A stretch of 64,000 nucleotides of DNA, from contig CAXFSR010000017.1 in NCBI GenBank assembly GCA_964005815.1, forward strand, positions 200,247-264,246. Reading direction: 5' to 3'. Made by a program: the position numbers and the translations under genes. Positions 9,403-19,128 of the stretch are shown piece after piece. The notes beneath the pieces are model-generated. The model was not told the DNA's origin and did not search any database. It worked only from the letters and a program-made list of their open reading frames with translations. This stretch comes from an uncultured Nitrospinaceae bacterium. GTDB lineage: Bacteria > UBA8248. Numbering within the stretch: the first letter of the stretch is position 1; each line of letters starts with the position of its first letter.

Positions 9403-11328
9403 TTATTTGTCCTTTTTAACTTCTTCAAATTCTGCATCTACTACATCACCATCATCACCACCTGTTTCATTTCCATTTTCTGTATTAGCAGATGGATTTT
9501 CAGAATCTGTATTTGCCTGTTTGCTAGCTTCTTCGTACATCGCCTGAGACAATTTATGTGATACAGTTTCTAAATTCGTTTTAGCAGAATCAATTTCTTC
9601 AATAGTTGCATCTTGATTTTCAAGAACTTTACGGACCTCTGCAATAGCATCTTCTATAGCTTTTTTATCTTCCTCTGAAACTTTATCATTGTTTTCACCC
9701 AACATCTTTTCTGTACTGTATGCGAGAGATTCTGCATTGTTTCTAGATTCCACGAGTTCTCTACGTTTTTTATCCTCACCAGCATTTTCTTCAGCATCTT
9801 TCACCATATTATTTATCTCTTCTTCAGAAATACCACTTGAACTCGTAATCGTAATAGCTTGTTCCTTACCTGTACCTAAATCTTTTGCAGAAACATTAAC
9901 AATCCCATTAGCATCAATGTCAAAGGTGACTTCTATTTGTGGCACTCCACGCGGAGCAGACGGAATATCTACAAGATGAAATTTTCCAAGACTACGATTA
10001 TCAGCAGCCATTTCTCTCTCTCCTTGTAGAACATGCACCTCCACAGAAGTTTGATTATCCGCAGCAGTAGAAAATGTTTCACTTTTTTTAACAGGAATTG
10101 TGGTGTTACGCTCAATAAGTTTCGTACAAACATTTCCTAAAGTCTCTATCCCTAGTGATAATGGAGTAACATCCAACAATAAAACATCCTTAACATCCCC
10201 TGCTAGAACACCACCTTGTACTGCCGCACCGACTGCTACAACTTCATCAGGATTCACACCTTTATGTGGTTCTTTAGTAAAGAATTTCTTTACTGTTTCC
10301 TGAACAAGAGGCATACGCGTAGAACCTCCAACTAAAACCACCTCATCTATATCTCCAGGTTGAAGATTTGCATCATTTAAAGATTGACGACAAGGAACAA
10401 GTGTTCTTTCTACTAATTCACCAGCAAGTTGTTCTAACTTAGAACGAGAAATTTTGATATTTAAATGTTTGGGTCCTGAGGAATCAGCTGTAATAAATGG
10501 AAGGTTAATATCAGTTTCCATTGAACTAGAAAGTTCAATCTTTGCTTTCTCAGACTCTTCACGTAACCTCTGTAAAGCCATTGGATCAGTAGACAAATCA
10601 ATACCCTGATCTTTTTTAAACTCCTCAACTAGCCAATCTATAATTTGTTGGTCAATATTGTCACCACCTAGATGGGTATCTCCATTTGTCGCCTTAACTT
10701 CAACAACGTTATCTCCAACTTCGAGGATAGAAACATCGAAAGTTCCACCACCAAAATCATAAACAGCTATAGTTTGATCCTGCTTTTTGTCCAGACCATA
10801 GGCCAAAGCTGCCGCAGTAGGTTCATTAATTATACGCAGAACATTTAATCCAGCGATCTTTCCAGCATCTGTAGTAGCTTGTCTTTGACTATCATTAAAA
10901 TATGCAGGAACTGTCACTACAGCATCACTAACTTCCTCTCCAAGATAGTCACTAGCTGCTTGTTTTAATTTTTGTAGAACACTAGAAGAAATTTCAGGTG
11001 GTGCGTAAACTTTACCATTTATCTTAAGCCTAGCATCACCATTCTCAGCTTTTATAACTTCATAAGGCACCATCTTAACTTCTTCTGGAACCTCATCGAA
11101 TCTTCTACCCATAAATCTCTTTACTGAATAAATAGTATTTGTAGGGTTGGTTACTGCTTGCCTTTTAGCAACAACTCCAACAAGTTTCTCACCTTCTGGA
11201 GTAAAACCAACTATACTAGGTGTAGTACGATTCCCTTCCTGATTTGGTATGACCGTAGGTTCACCGGCTTCCATAATAGAAACTACAGAGTTTGTGGTTC
11301 CTAAATCAATACCAATAACTTTTCCCAT
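9403..11328 (-). CDS. dnaK: Chaperone DnaK (Hsp70)
   Basis: [27 protein letters not shown] and the terminal [10 protein letters not shown]. Confidence 0.99.
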   Translation of the reverse strand: MGKVIGIDLGTTNSVVSIMEAGEPTVIPNQEGNRTTPSIVGFTPEGEKLVGVVAKRQAVTNPTNTIYSVKRFMGRRFDEVPEEVKMVPYEVIKAENGDARLKINGKVYAPPEISSSVLQKLKQAASDYLGEEVSDAVVTVPAYFNDSQRQATTDAGKIAGLNVLRIINEPTAAALAYGLDKKQDQTIAVYDFGGGTFDVSILEVGDNVVEVKATNGDTHLGGDNIDQQIIDWLVEEFKKDQGIDLSTDPMALQRLREESEKAKIELSSSMETDINLPFITADSSGPKHLNIKISRSKLEQLAGELVERTLVPCRQSLNDANLQPGDIDEVVLVGGSTRMPLVQETVKKFFTKEPHKGVNPDEVVAVGAAVQGGVLAGDVKDVLLLDVTPLSLGIETLGNVCTKLIERNTTIPVKKSETFSTAADNQTSVEVHVLQGEREMAADNRSLGKFHLVDIPSAPRGVPQIEVTFDIDANGIVNVSAKDLGTGKEQAITITSSSGISEEEINNMVKDAEENAGEDKKRRELVESRNNAESLAYSTEKMLGENNDKVSEEDKKAIEDAIAEVRKVLENQDATIEEIDSAKTNLETVSHKLSQAMYEEASKQANTDSENPSANTENGNETGGDDGDVVDAEFEEVKKDK

Positions 11329-11400
11329 TTTTGCCTCCTAAAACAAAAAAATAAAATTAAAATCAACAATAAAAAAATAAAAAAACAAAATTGGATGTTA

Positions 11401-11454
11401 AATTTATAATATGAGTCTTTTATTGTCAATTTATATAAGTATAATTAACTCATA
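11401..11454 (-). promoter_or_regulatory. dnaK sigma70-type promoter overlapped by two HAIR-like (HspR) inverted repeats
   Basis: Minus strand TTGACA (11429-11424)-17 nt-TAAATT (11406-11401). TATGAGT-N7-TGTCAAT (11410-11430) and TATAAGT-N7-ACTCATA (11434-11454) resemble the HAIR consensus CTTGAGT-N7-ACTCAAG. Confidence 0.7.
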
Positions 11455-11525
11455 TATAAATTGAATTAATTTTTTTATAAAATATCTGATTTGGAAATTA
11501 ATTATTGATTAATTAATTGATAGAT

Positions 11526-11554
11526 TTGACAAAATTAAAATATAAAGATAGCCT
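11526..11554 (+). promoter_or_regulatory. Putative sigma70 promoter for the A-type Fe-S carrier gene
   Basis: TTGACA-17 nt-TAGCCT, about 60 nt upstream of ATG 11613. Confidence 0.45.
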
Positions 11555-11612
11555 AACAAAAGAAATTGTTTATAAAGATATTAGTTAAAAATATTTAAAA
11601 AAGGGAACGTGA

Positions 11613-11981
11613 ATGGTAACTTTATTTGATGAAACCAAGTCACCTACAAAAAGCTCCGGGATTACCGTAACAGAAAATGCATCTAAAAAAGTGAGTGAAC
11701 TTCTTAAAGCAGAAGGAAAAGAAAATCACGGACTTCGTTTATCAGTGACCGCAGGGGGCTGTTCAGGCTATAACTACGGATTATTTTTTGACGAAAAAGC
11801 AAACCCTGATGACAAAGTTTACGAATCAAACGGCATCAATATATTCATAGACACTCAGAGCGATTCTCTTCTATCTGGCACAGAAATAGATTTCGTTGAC
11901 AGCCTAGAAGGCTCAGGATTTAAAATCAACAATCCTAATGCAACGGGCACTTGCGGCTGCGGAAAATCTTTCACAGCCTAA
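11613..11981 (+). CDS. A-type iron-sulfur cluster carrier (ErpA/IscA/HesB family)
   Basis: LRLSVTAGGCSG and NPNATGTCGCGKSF motifs. Confidence 0.93.
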   Translation: MVTLFDETKSPTKSSGITVTENASKKVSELLKAEGKENHGLRLSVTAGGCSGYNYGLFFDEKANPDDKVYESNGINIFIDTQSDSLLSGTEIDFVDSLEGSGFKINNPNATGTCGCGKSFTA

Positions 11982-12018
11982 ACAAAAAATCAACTAGCTA
12001 ATTACCATCTAATTGAAG

Positions 12019-12053
12019 AAAACGGATTTTAATAAAATACAATCCGTTTTTTT
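12019..12053 (+). terminator. Rho-independent terminator
   Basis: Stem AAAACGGATT/AATCCGTTTT running into a T tract downstream of the A-type carrier gene. Confidence 0.65.
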
Positions 12054-12136
12054 GCCAATCTATATAAAATCGTTAAAAGAATGGTAAAATAATAAAATAC
12101 ACCCTTTTATTTAGCCTACTTAAAGAGGAATTTTTA

Positions 12137-12928
12137 ATGCAACGTTTTAAAAATAAAGTTTGCATCATAAGTGGTGGAGCTAGTGGAATTGGCGCTAAAA
12201 CCGCTGAAATGTTTGCAGAAGAAGGTGGAAAGGTTTTAATAGGAGATGTTGATGAAAAAAATGGAAAGAATCAAACAGAAAAAATTACCGAAAAATACGG
12301 TAATGGAACTGCTATTTTTTTCTATCTAGATGTTTCCAATCCTAACGATTGCGAAAAAGCTGTAAAGAAAGCTGTTCATGAATTTGGTTGCGTAAACTAC
12401 CTACTAAATAGCGCAATTAAAATGGCTCCAGGAATGCTAAAAGAACTTTCTCTCGAAAATTGGAATACAATGATCACAATTGGATTAACTGGGACATTTC
12501 TCATGACTCAAGCAACTGGAAGGTGGATGATTGACAACAACATCCCTGGGTCTATAGTCACAATGTCGTCTATTGGTGGACAACAACCATACGGAATGTC
12601 AGGTGCTTACTCAACTGTAAAAGCCGCTGTCATCATGCTTGCAGAACACTTTGGGATAGAATGGGCCAGCCACAAAATCAGGGTTAATGCCATATGCCCT
12701 GGTCACACAGAAACACCTTTAACATCTTACTTAAAAGACTCGGACATAAAAAAACAGAGAAGTGAAATCACACCACTGCTGAGGGTCGCACAGCCAATAG
12801 ATATTGCCAACGGTATTTTATTCTTATTCTCAGAAGAAGCAGATTACATAACTGCTACAACCCTAGAAATTGACGGCGGACTTAGCAAAACTGTAATGAA
12901 TCATCTACCTGGTCGAAAGTGGAAATAA
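12137..12928 (+). CDS. Short-chain dehydrogenase/reductase (SDR)
   Basis: SGGASGIG Rossmann motif, YSTVK catalytic motif, RVNAICPG and IDGG. Confidence 0.93.
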   Translation: MQRFKNKVCIISGGASGIGAKTAEMFAEEGGKVLIGDVDEKNGKNQTEKITEKYGNGTAIFFYLDVSNPNDCEKAVKKAVHEFGCVNYLLNSAIKMAPGMLKELSLENWNTMITIGLTGTFLMTQATGRWMIDNNIPGSIVTMSSIGGQQPYGMSGAYSTVKAAVIMLAEHFGIEWASHKIRVNAICPGHTETPLTSYLKDSDIKKQRSEITPLLRVAQPIDIANGILFLFSEEADYITATTLEIDGGLSKTVMNHLPGRKWK

Positions 12929-12960
12929 AAGCTTTGAAAAAAATCAAAGAGAACAAAAAA

Positions 12961-14376
12961 ATGAAAATACTATTAATTTCATGTTATGAACTAGGGAATC
13001 AACCTATACCAACAGCTAGCTTACATGCTTTCTTAAAGAGTTACTCCTACAACCCCCAAGTTTTAGATTTATCTACACAAAAGATCAATCATGAAGATAT
13101 TCAAAATTGCGATTTTATTGCTCTTAGCACTCCTATGCATACTGCCCTATCAATTGCAGTAGAAGCGACAAAAATAATTCGCAAGTTCAACAAAGAGTGT
13201 CATATTTGCTACTATGGAGATTATGCAGATCTTAACTCTAATTACCTTCTGAAAAATATAGCTGATAGTTGCTTAAGCGGCGAAACACAAAAATCAATAC
13301 TCGAAATAATAAAATCTATTCAGTCTTCCTCTAACACAATTACATACAAACAAAACAGAGAAAAAAAGAAAATTCGACTTATAGAAAAACCAGATTTCAA
13401 AATACCAGAAAGATCCCTACTTCCTGATCTATCCAATTACAATAAATTAATTAATGATCAAAACCATGTTACAACAGCTGCAGTCGAAACTAGCAGAGGC
13501 TGCAAACATCAATGTTTACATTGCCCTATCACACCTATTTTCAAAGGTCGTTTTTTTGTTGTGCCAAAAGAAATAGTTTTATCCGACATAAAAAACTTGT
13601 ATTTACAAGGCGCTAGACATATCACATTTACCGACCCTGATTTTCTAAACGGACCCAAACATTCGCTTAAAATTCTTAGAGAAATGAACAATTTATTCCC
13701 TGAAATGACTTTTGACTTTACAGCAAAAATTGAGCATCTAATCCAACAAAAAGACATTTTTACCGAACTTCAAGAATTAGGTTGCCTATTTATCGTTACA
13801 GCTTTGGAATCTTTAAATAACAAAATCTTAAAAAAATTAATTAAAGGACATTCGAAAAAAGATTTCTTGGAAGTTTTAAAAATCGCAAGAGCGAACGGGA
13901 TTTCTATTCGACCTTCATTAATTGCATTTACTCCTTGGACAACTCCCAAAGATTACATAGAATTACTTGATTTTATTGAGAAAAATGAATTGATTGATGA
14001 AATAGATCCAATTCAGATGTCAATAAGATTACTCATACCACCTGAGTCGAGTCTGCTTCAATTACAAGACCTAAAGAAATACATAGTGCGCTTCGAACCA
14101 GACAAATTTTCTTATATATGGAAGCATCCAAATCCAAAAATGGAACTTTTAAATTTGAAAATTTCGAGGATTGTAGAAAATCATGCAAATCTTAACAAAG
14201 AAGCTTTAGAAACATTTTTCGCTCTTAAGAAAGAATTTTCGAAAATCTTTCCTGAAATCATAAAAGAGGAAAACGTTACTATCAGAACAAAAAAAATTAC
14301 CGCGAAACCTCCAAAACTTACCGAATCATGGTTCTGTTGAGCAGAGCCAACTGAGAGTCAGTTGACTCTAAATTAA
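12961..14376 (+). CDS. B12-binding-domain radical SAM protein of the CUAEP/CCAEP-tail type; probable selenoprotein (TGA 14338-14340 = Sec)
   Basis: LISCYELGNQP N-terminus and SRGCKHQCLHC CxxxCxxC motif. The C-terminus reads WFC-TGA-AEPTESQLTLN-TAA (14376). The ORF track stops at 14340; an alternative GTG start is at 12919. Confidence 0.85.
14343..14369 (+). promoter_or_regulatory. Candidate bacterial SECIS hairpin
   Basis: AGAG-C-CAACTGA-GAG-TCAGTTG-A-CTCT, starting 2 nt after the in-frame TGA, with G in the apical loop. Confidence 0.65.
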
Positions 14377-15086
14377 AGATTCAATACCGCAACTGCTCGT
14401 ATTGGAGAACCAGAACCTCCACGAATTTTTAGAGGAAGACCAATATAAAGAAATTCCTTACCTGCCACATCTTCAATATTACAAAGATTTTCTGTGTTAT
14501 GACATTGCAATTCTCTACATAACACATGACAAGGGAAAGTCATTTCTCCTGTATTAATTCCAGCATCGATACTAGGGGCATCCTGACCAATATTTACGAT
14601 CCCGCATTCTCTATATAGAAAATTGCCAGCATCGTATGAAAGACCAGGATAATCAGTATTATAGCTATCCTCGGGATAAGTTCGTCTAAAATGTCCACCA
14701 GTAAAAAGAAAGGTACCCGCATTGGGTGGTGTCAAATCTTGGCTACTAAGCTCATCTTCAAGAAGCTTTAAAGAAATCTCCTCTTTAGGTTCCACTTTAC
14801 CAGTAAAGTCGATAGCAATACCTCTTGTAATAAATTTTTTAAGGTTAGATTGATCTATAGTGGGGGCAGTTTCTCTTTCGTCAATATGGCTAACTGCATC
14901 AACATGGGTTGGACCATGATCACACATATGCAACATCATTGCTGCGTAAGTAATATCTTTAGGTCTAATAGGAGCATTCCTTGCGTCTTCATGTGTAGCA
15001 ATAAACTCTATTTCCGTGGGAGGATGCCCAGGAAACCTTGGAGCACCCGTATATATATCCTGACTAAGATTAACAATATCATACAT
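14373..15086 (-). CDS. Cyclase-family metal-dependent hydrolase (kynurenine formamidase-like)
   Basis: HGPTHVDAVSH (HxGTHxDxPxH-like), GQDAPSID and LPLKIRGGSGSPIRAVA motifs. Confidence 0.9.
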   Translation of the reverse strand: MYDIVNLSQDIYTGAPRFPGHPPTEIEFIATHEDARNAPIRPKDITYAAMMLHMCDHGPTHVDAVSHIDERETAPTIDQSNLKKFITRGIAIDFTGKVEPKEEISLKLLEDELSSQDLTPPNAGTFLFTGGHFRRTYPEDSYNTDYPGLSYDAGNFLYRECGIVNIGQDAPSIDAGINTGEMTFPCHVLCRELQCHNTENLCNIEDVAGKEFLYIGLPLKIRGGSGSPIRAVAVLNL

Positions 15087-15136
15087 AATAACACCCCTCT
15101 AAAAATTCAAGAAAAAACTATTCCGAGTCAGTAAAC

Positions 15137-16381
15137 TTAGCCAATTCCACCTACTGTGACACCATTTGGCTCGGGCGCTTCAAGTGCTGGCAATACATGA
15201 GTCATAAATGCATCTAACTCAGATATTACTTCTTTAGATGGAATCTGTGCATAGTGCCAGATCAAAGTGATATATTCAGCGGGAACTTTATCATAAGAAT
15301 GGAGGAATTGCTCCTTCAACTGTTCTACGGTACCACCGAGAAAAATACCACTATCTTTCATGTTCTCTACCCAATCTATATTTGATGTGTCATCTGGGAA
15401 CTGGGGAAAGAAAGGAACATAAAAATTTTCATAGATATCTTGATCATACTCTTTAAGCTTACGATCGTAATCGGCTTCATTTTCAGCTACATGAATCCAC
15501 CTGCAAACACATTGCCTTTCTCCATGCGCAAAGTTATGTCCATGCTTTTGTGCTTCTTCTACATAAACATATGACATTTCTTCCATTTTTTCCAATTTAG
15601 TGAAATACACAGGCCGAAAACCATGCTTAGCTGCAAATTTGATAGAATCATTACTAGCACTAACTGCCTGAAAAACTGGAGGATGTGGAGACTGGTATGG
15701 TTTAGGAACAACACTGACTTTATGTACTCTTCCATCTTCACCTACTTCTCCGTGCGTTCCTGCATCTCGTGCACTTTTCCAAGCTGGATACTCTATACCG
15801 TCTTTATAGGGGTAAGGAATTTTATAATAGTTGCCATCTATCTGTGAAGATTCTTCAGTCCAAAATTTCAAAAGCATCTCTGCACGCTCTTCGAAAATTT
15901 CTCGATTTTTCACATCATCATCTCCGCCAAGATCAGAACTAACGGTTGCAACCGAATCTGTGAATTGGCCCAAAACATTTGCCCATCTGGACTGATACCC
16001 TCGTGCCATACCAACAAACATTTTCCCTTTAGTTATATGATCCAGAATTGCGGTTTCTTCTGCAACCCTAACTGGATCCTGTGTAGCCATAACATAGCCT
16101 AGAGCACCAACACGCGCATTTTTTACGTGACTAGCCCACCAAGCATTTAAAACACCTGGATTAGGTCCTACCTCATACCCTTCTGAATGAAAATGATGTT
16201 CTATAGTACTAACCCCCCAAACACCCATTTCATCTGCAGCCTTGACTATATCAAGCCATTCGTGGAGAACATGATGGTAAAGATCTGTGTCACAAGCAAG
16301 AGGCCTTTTTTCTTCACGCTCAGCACGATCCTTTGATGGAAGCATAGGGTATAACTGAACTATGACTTTAGGTTTTGCCAT
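15137..16381 (-). CDS. Luciferase-like (LLM) flavin-dependent monooxygenase
   Basis: EHHFHSEG, DPVRVAEETAILDH..KG...GMARGY and PKPYQSPHPP motifs. Confidence 0.9.
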   Translation of the reverse strand: MAKPKVIVQLYPMLPSKDRAEREEKRPLACDTDLYHHVLHEWLDIVKAADEMGVWGVSTIEHHFHSEGYEVGPNPGVLNAWWASHVKNARVGALGYVMATQDPVRVAEETAILDHITKGKMFVGMARGYQSRWANVLGQFTDSVATVSSDLGGDDDVKNREIFEERAEMLLKFWTEESSQIDGNYYKIPYPYKDGIEYPAWKSARDAGTHGEVGEDGRVHKVSVVPKPYQSPHPPVFQAVSASNDSIKFAAKHGFRPVYFTKLEKMEEMSYVYVEEAQKHGHNFAHGERQCVCRWIHVAENEADYDRKLKEYDQDIYENFYVPFFPQFPDDTSNIDWVENMKDSGIFLGGTVEQLKEQFLHSYDKVPAEYITLIWHYAQIPSKEVISELDAFMTHVLPALEAPEPNGVTVGGIG

Positions 16382-16424
16382 TTTCTACTCCTTTATTAAA
16401 AAATGAATACTTCCATTAAGAAAA

Positions 16425-16946
16425 TTATGCCACATTCTTATTTCCTTTAGATCTCCAGTTACTTATTCCGAGATCTAATTTTGACAAAAATTTGGATACA
16501 ACAAGCTTTTCTTCATCTGTAACATCTGACATGAGATTCGCTATAGATAAAAAATAATCAGGGAAAATATTTTCCAGAAGGTCCTCCCCTTTCTTAGTAA
16601 TCTTTACATTTGTCCTTCTTTTATCTTCATCCAAATGTTCTCTCTTAACAAATCCATCACGCTCGAGACCATCAACTAGGCCGGTCATGGTTGCTCTAGT
16701 AACTCCAGCACTCTCGGCCAAATCTGAAGGTGCGAATCCTTTATCTTTCCTTCTTAGGATTAATAGAACTACAAATCTCCCTTGAGATATTCCATAAGAG
16801 ATTAAATAATCATTGAAGATATTTAAAAGATCACTGCCGGATCTTAAAAATTGATAGAAAAGAAGCATAGATGATGGTTCTAAACTAGAATATACTTCTA
16901 GTGGCCTAAAATCCTCTCTTGTTGGAAGGTCTTTCATACAAAACAT
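16425..16946 (-). CDS. MarR-family transcriptional regulator
   Basis: PSDLAESAGVTRATMTGLVDGLERDG.V.R....DKR..NVKIT.KG winged helix. Confidence 0.92.
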   Translation of the reverse strand: MFCMKDLPTREDFRPLEVYSSLEPSSMLLFYQFLRSGSDLLNIFNDYLISYGISQGRFVVLLILRRKDKGFAPSDLAESAGVTRATMTGLVDGLERDGFVKREHLDEDKRRTNVKITKKGEDLLENIFPDYFLSIANLMSDVTDEEKLVVSKFLSKLDLGISNWRSKGNKNVA

Positions 16947-16960
16947 GGAAATCCCCTTAA

Positions 16961-16980
16961 ATAATTAGCCTCCTAACCAT
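16961..16980. promoter_or_regulatory. Putative MarR operator
   Basis: Imperfect palindrome ATAATTAG-CCTC-CTAACCAT (TTAG-N4-CTAA core, SlyA/MarR-like) about 15 nt upstream of the MarR start. Confidence 0.5.
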
Positions 16981-17083
16981 ATAACTTTACAATGAAATTT
17001 TCAATAATAAAATTGGCAAACTTTATTTTTTTAAATTATAATTATGGTGATTTAAGTTTTTAAAATTTTCATAGGAGAAAAAA

Positions 17084-17794
17084 ATGCGTTCGGGCAATGC
17101 AACACAACTAAATCGGCAAGATTCTATATCACTTCAGGCAGCAGCGTTCATGCAACGTGTTTATGGATGGATGACACTTGGGCTAATTGTAACTGGGTTT
17201 AGTGCTTTCTATATAGCTTCAAGTCAAAGCGCAATTAATTTTATTTTTGGTAGCTCTATGTCTATATTACTAATTTTTGCCGTACAACTCGGCATAGTTT
17301 TTGCTATCAAACCTGCTATGAGAAGCGGTGGCTGGCAAATTGGACTACTTCTATTTGTTGTTTTCAGCGCCTCCTTGGGAGTAACTGTTTCTAGTCTTTT
17401 ACTGCGGTATACATTTACATCGGTTTCACAAGCTTTCTTTGTTACTGCAGGTGCTTTTGGAGCTATGACAATTTTTGCTTTTGTCACAAAAAAAGACTTA
17501 TCTGGATGGCAAAATTTTCTTTACGTAGGTCTTTTTGGAATTATTATAGCGATGATTGTTAATATCTTTTTGCAAAGCAGTGCTCTTCATTTCGCCATAA
17601 GTGTAATAGGAGTTTTAGTTTTTGCAGGTCTTACTGCATATGATACTCAAAAGATGAAAGAATACGCATACTCACAAGATACAAACAATGAAACCGGCAG
17701 AAGAGCGTCAGTAATGGCAGCTCTAGAACTTTATCTTGATTTCATAAATATGTTTATTTTTCTTACACATCTTTTAGGAAGTTCTAGAGATTAG
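17084..17794 (+). CDS. Bax inhibitor-1/YccA-family membrane protein
   Basis: About 7 hydrophobic helices; FAGLTAYDTQKMK and ALELYLDFINMF motifs. Confidence 0.92.
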   Translation: MRSGNATQLNRQDSISLQAAAFMQRVYGWMTLGLIVTGFSAFYIASSQSAINFIFGSSMSILLIFAVQLGIVFAIKPAMRSGGWQIGLLLFVVFSASLGVTVSSLLLRYTFTSVSQAFFVTAGAFGAMTIFAFVTKKDLSGWQNFLYVGLFGIIIAMIVNIFLQSSALHFAISVIGVLVFAGLTAYDTQKMKEYAYSQDTNNETGRRASVMAALELYLDFINMFIFLTHLLGSSRD

Positions 17795-17803
17795 ATAACT
17801 TTT

Positions 17804-17829
17804 CATCCCCTGGATTTATCCAGGGGATG
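17804..17829. terminator. Strong hairpin between convergent genes (probable bidirectional terminator)
   Basis: CATCCCCTGGA-TTTA-TCCAGGGGATG, a perfect 11-bp stem; the U tracts are weak. Confidence 0.6.
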
Positions 17830-17832
17830 TTA

Positions 17833-19086
17833 CTAAATCTCGGAATTTTCTTCTATTTCCTTACGTAATGACTTTTCACTTATAACCGCAATGGTCATCT
17901 TTTCTTTTCTAAAAATATCCTTAGCAACACTAACTATTTCTTCTTTCGTAACTGATTCTACTTCTTCAATTTCTTGTTTCATAGGATAAAGCATATTTCG
18001 TAACATTAAACTTGAACCATTTCTTCCTGCAAAATAACTTGAACTTTCGTGTATTTGTAGATTCCCTCTTATGTAACTTTTAGCTTCTGACAATTCTTCA
18101 TCTGTAACTTCTTCATCCTTAAACTTAGAAGATTCCTCTAAAATTACTTTTGTCGCCTCAGAAGCTTTTTCTAATGCAACTCCTGCTTTCATTTCAACGT
18201 ATCCTGCGTCTGTAAAACAATTCGCACTTGCACCTACACTGTATGCAAGACCTCTTTTCTCCCTAACTTCAGTGAAAAGACGACTACTCATTTTCCCGCC
18301 TAAAATATTACACATTACCCTAAGAGGCTGAAGATTCTCATGATCCAAACCATAACCGCGAAATCCAATAGAAAGATTAACTTGATCAGTTTGTCTTACT
18401 TGTTCCACGAATGACTTTTTACTTTCCTTTGGCAAGGAAACATTATCTGGCCTCTCTGAACTTCCAGAACGAGACCCAAAAAACTTTTCAGAGAGTTCAA
18501 CAACATATTCATGCTTAACTCCACCTGCAACGGAAATGACGGTATTTCCGGGCTGATACCATATATCAATCAATTCACGCATATTTTCTGGTTCAATCCT
18601 ATTAATTGTTTCTTTGCTTCCAATTACACCTACCTGGAGGTTAAACATAGTCGTTTCAAGCAGATCAGAAACCCAAATTCTTGGCATATCTTCGTACATT
18701 TTCAACTCTTCTAATATGACATGCCTTTCTCTACTCCACTCTTCTTTATCTAGCAGGCAGTTATTTACCGCATCTGCATAAACATTTAAAACTTTTTCAA
18801 AAACTTGCACTGGAGAGGTAAAATGGTAACAAGTCCTTTCCGCTGCTGTATTCGCATTGATTGAAGCACCATTTCCTTCCATTTCTCTTGCAATATCTAA
18901 AGTCGATCTAGTTGGAGTCCCTTTAAAAACCATATGCTCTAGAGCATGTGACACACCAACAACTTCATTTCCTTCATGACGACCACCACAACCAAAGTAT
19001 ATATGAAACGCGACTGCAGCAGACTCCTCTCGTTCTGTAGTTACTACTTGAATGCCATTTGACAAAATACTTTTCTTAACTTCCAT
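17833..19086 (-). CDS. M16 (pitrilysin) family zinc peptidase
   Basis: HALEHMVFKGT (HxxEH) and SSRLFTEVREKRGLAYSV; ATG 19086 after GGAGG (ORF from 19101). Confidence 0.93.
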   Translation of the reverse strand: MEVKKSILSNGIQVVTTEREESAAVAFHIYFGCGGRHEGNEVVGVSHALEHMVFKGTPTRSTLDIAREMEGNGASINANTAAERTCYHFTSPVQVFEKVLNVYADAVNNCLLDKEEWSRERHVILEELKMYEDMPRIWVSDLLETTMFNLQVGVIGSKETINRIEPENMRELIDIWYQPGNTVISVAGGVKHEYVVELSEKFFGSRSGSSERPDNVSLPKESKKSFVEQVRQTDQVNLSIGFRGYGLDHENLQPLRVMCNILGGKMSSRLFTEVREKRGLAYSVGASANCFTDAGYVEMKAGVALEKASEATKVILEESSKFKDEEVTDEELSEAKSYIRGNLQIHESSSYFAGRNGSSLMLRNMLYPMKQEIEEVESVTKEEIVSVAKDIFRKEKMTIAVISEKSLRKEIEENSEI

Positions 19087-19128
19087 TTGACCTCCAATCA
19101 AAGTTTCCTAAGAAAAAATTCTTCTTTT

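Noticed and set aside
11329..11612. Very AT-rich 280-bp gap as a replication origin or ncRNA
   Set aside because: No DnaA-box cluster seen; the gap is explained by divergent promoters and HAIR-like sites.
11613..11981. Possible selenocysteine form of the HesB/IscA protein
   Set aside because: All conserved cysteines are TGT/TGC codons; no in-frame TGA.
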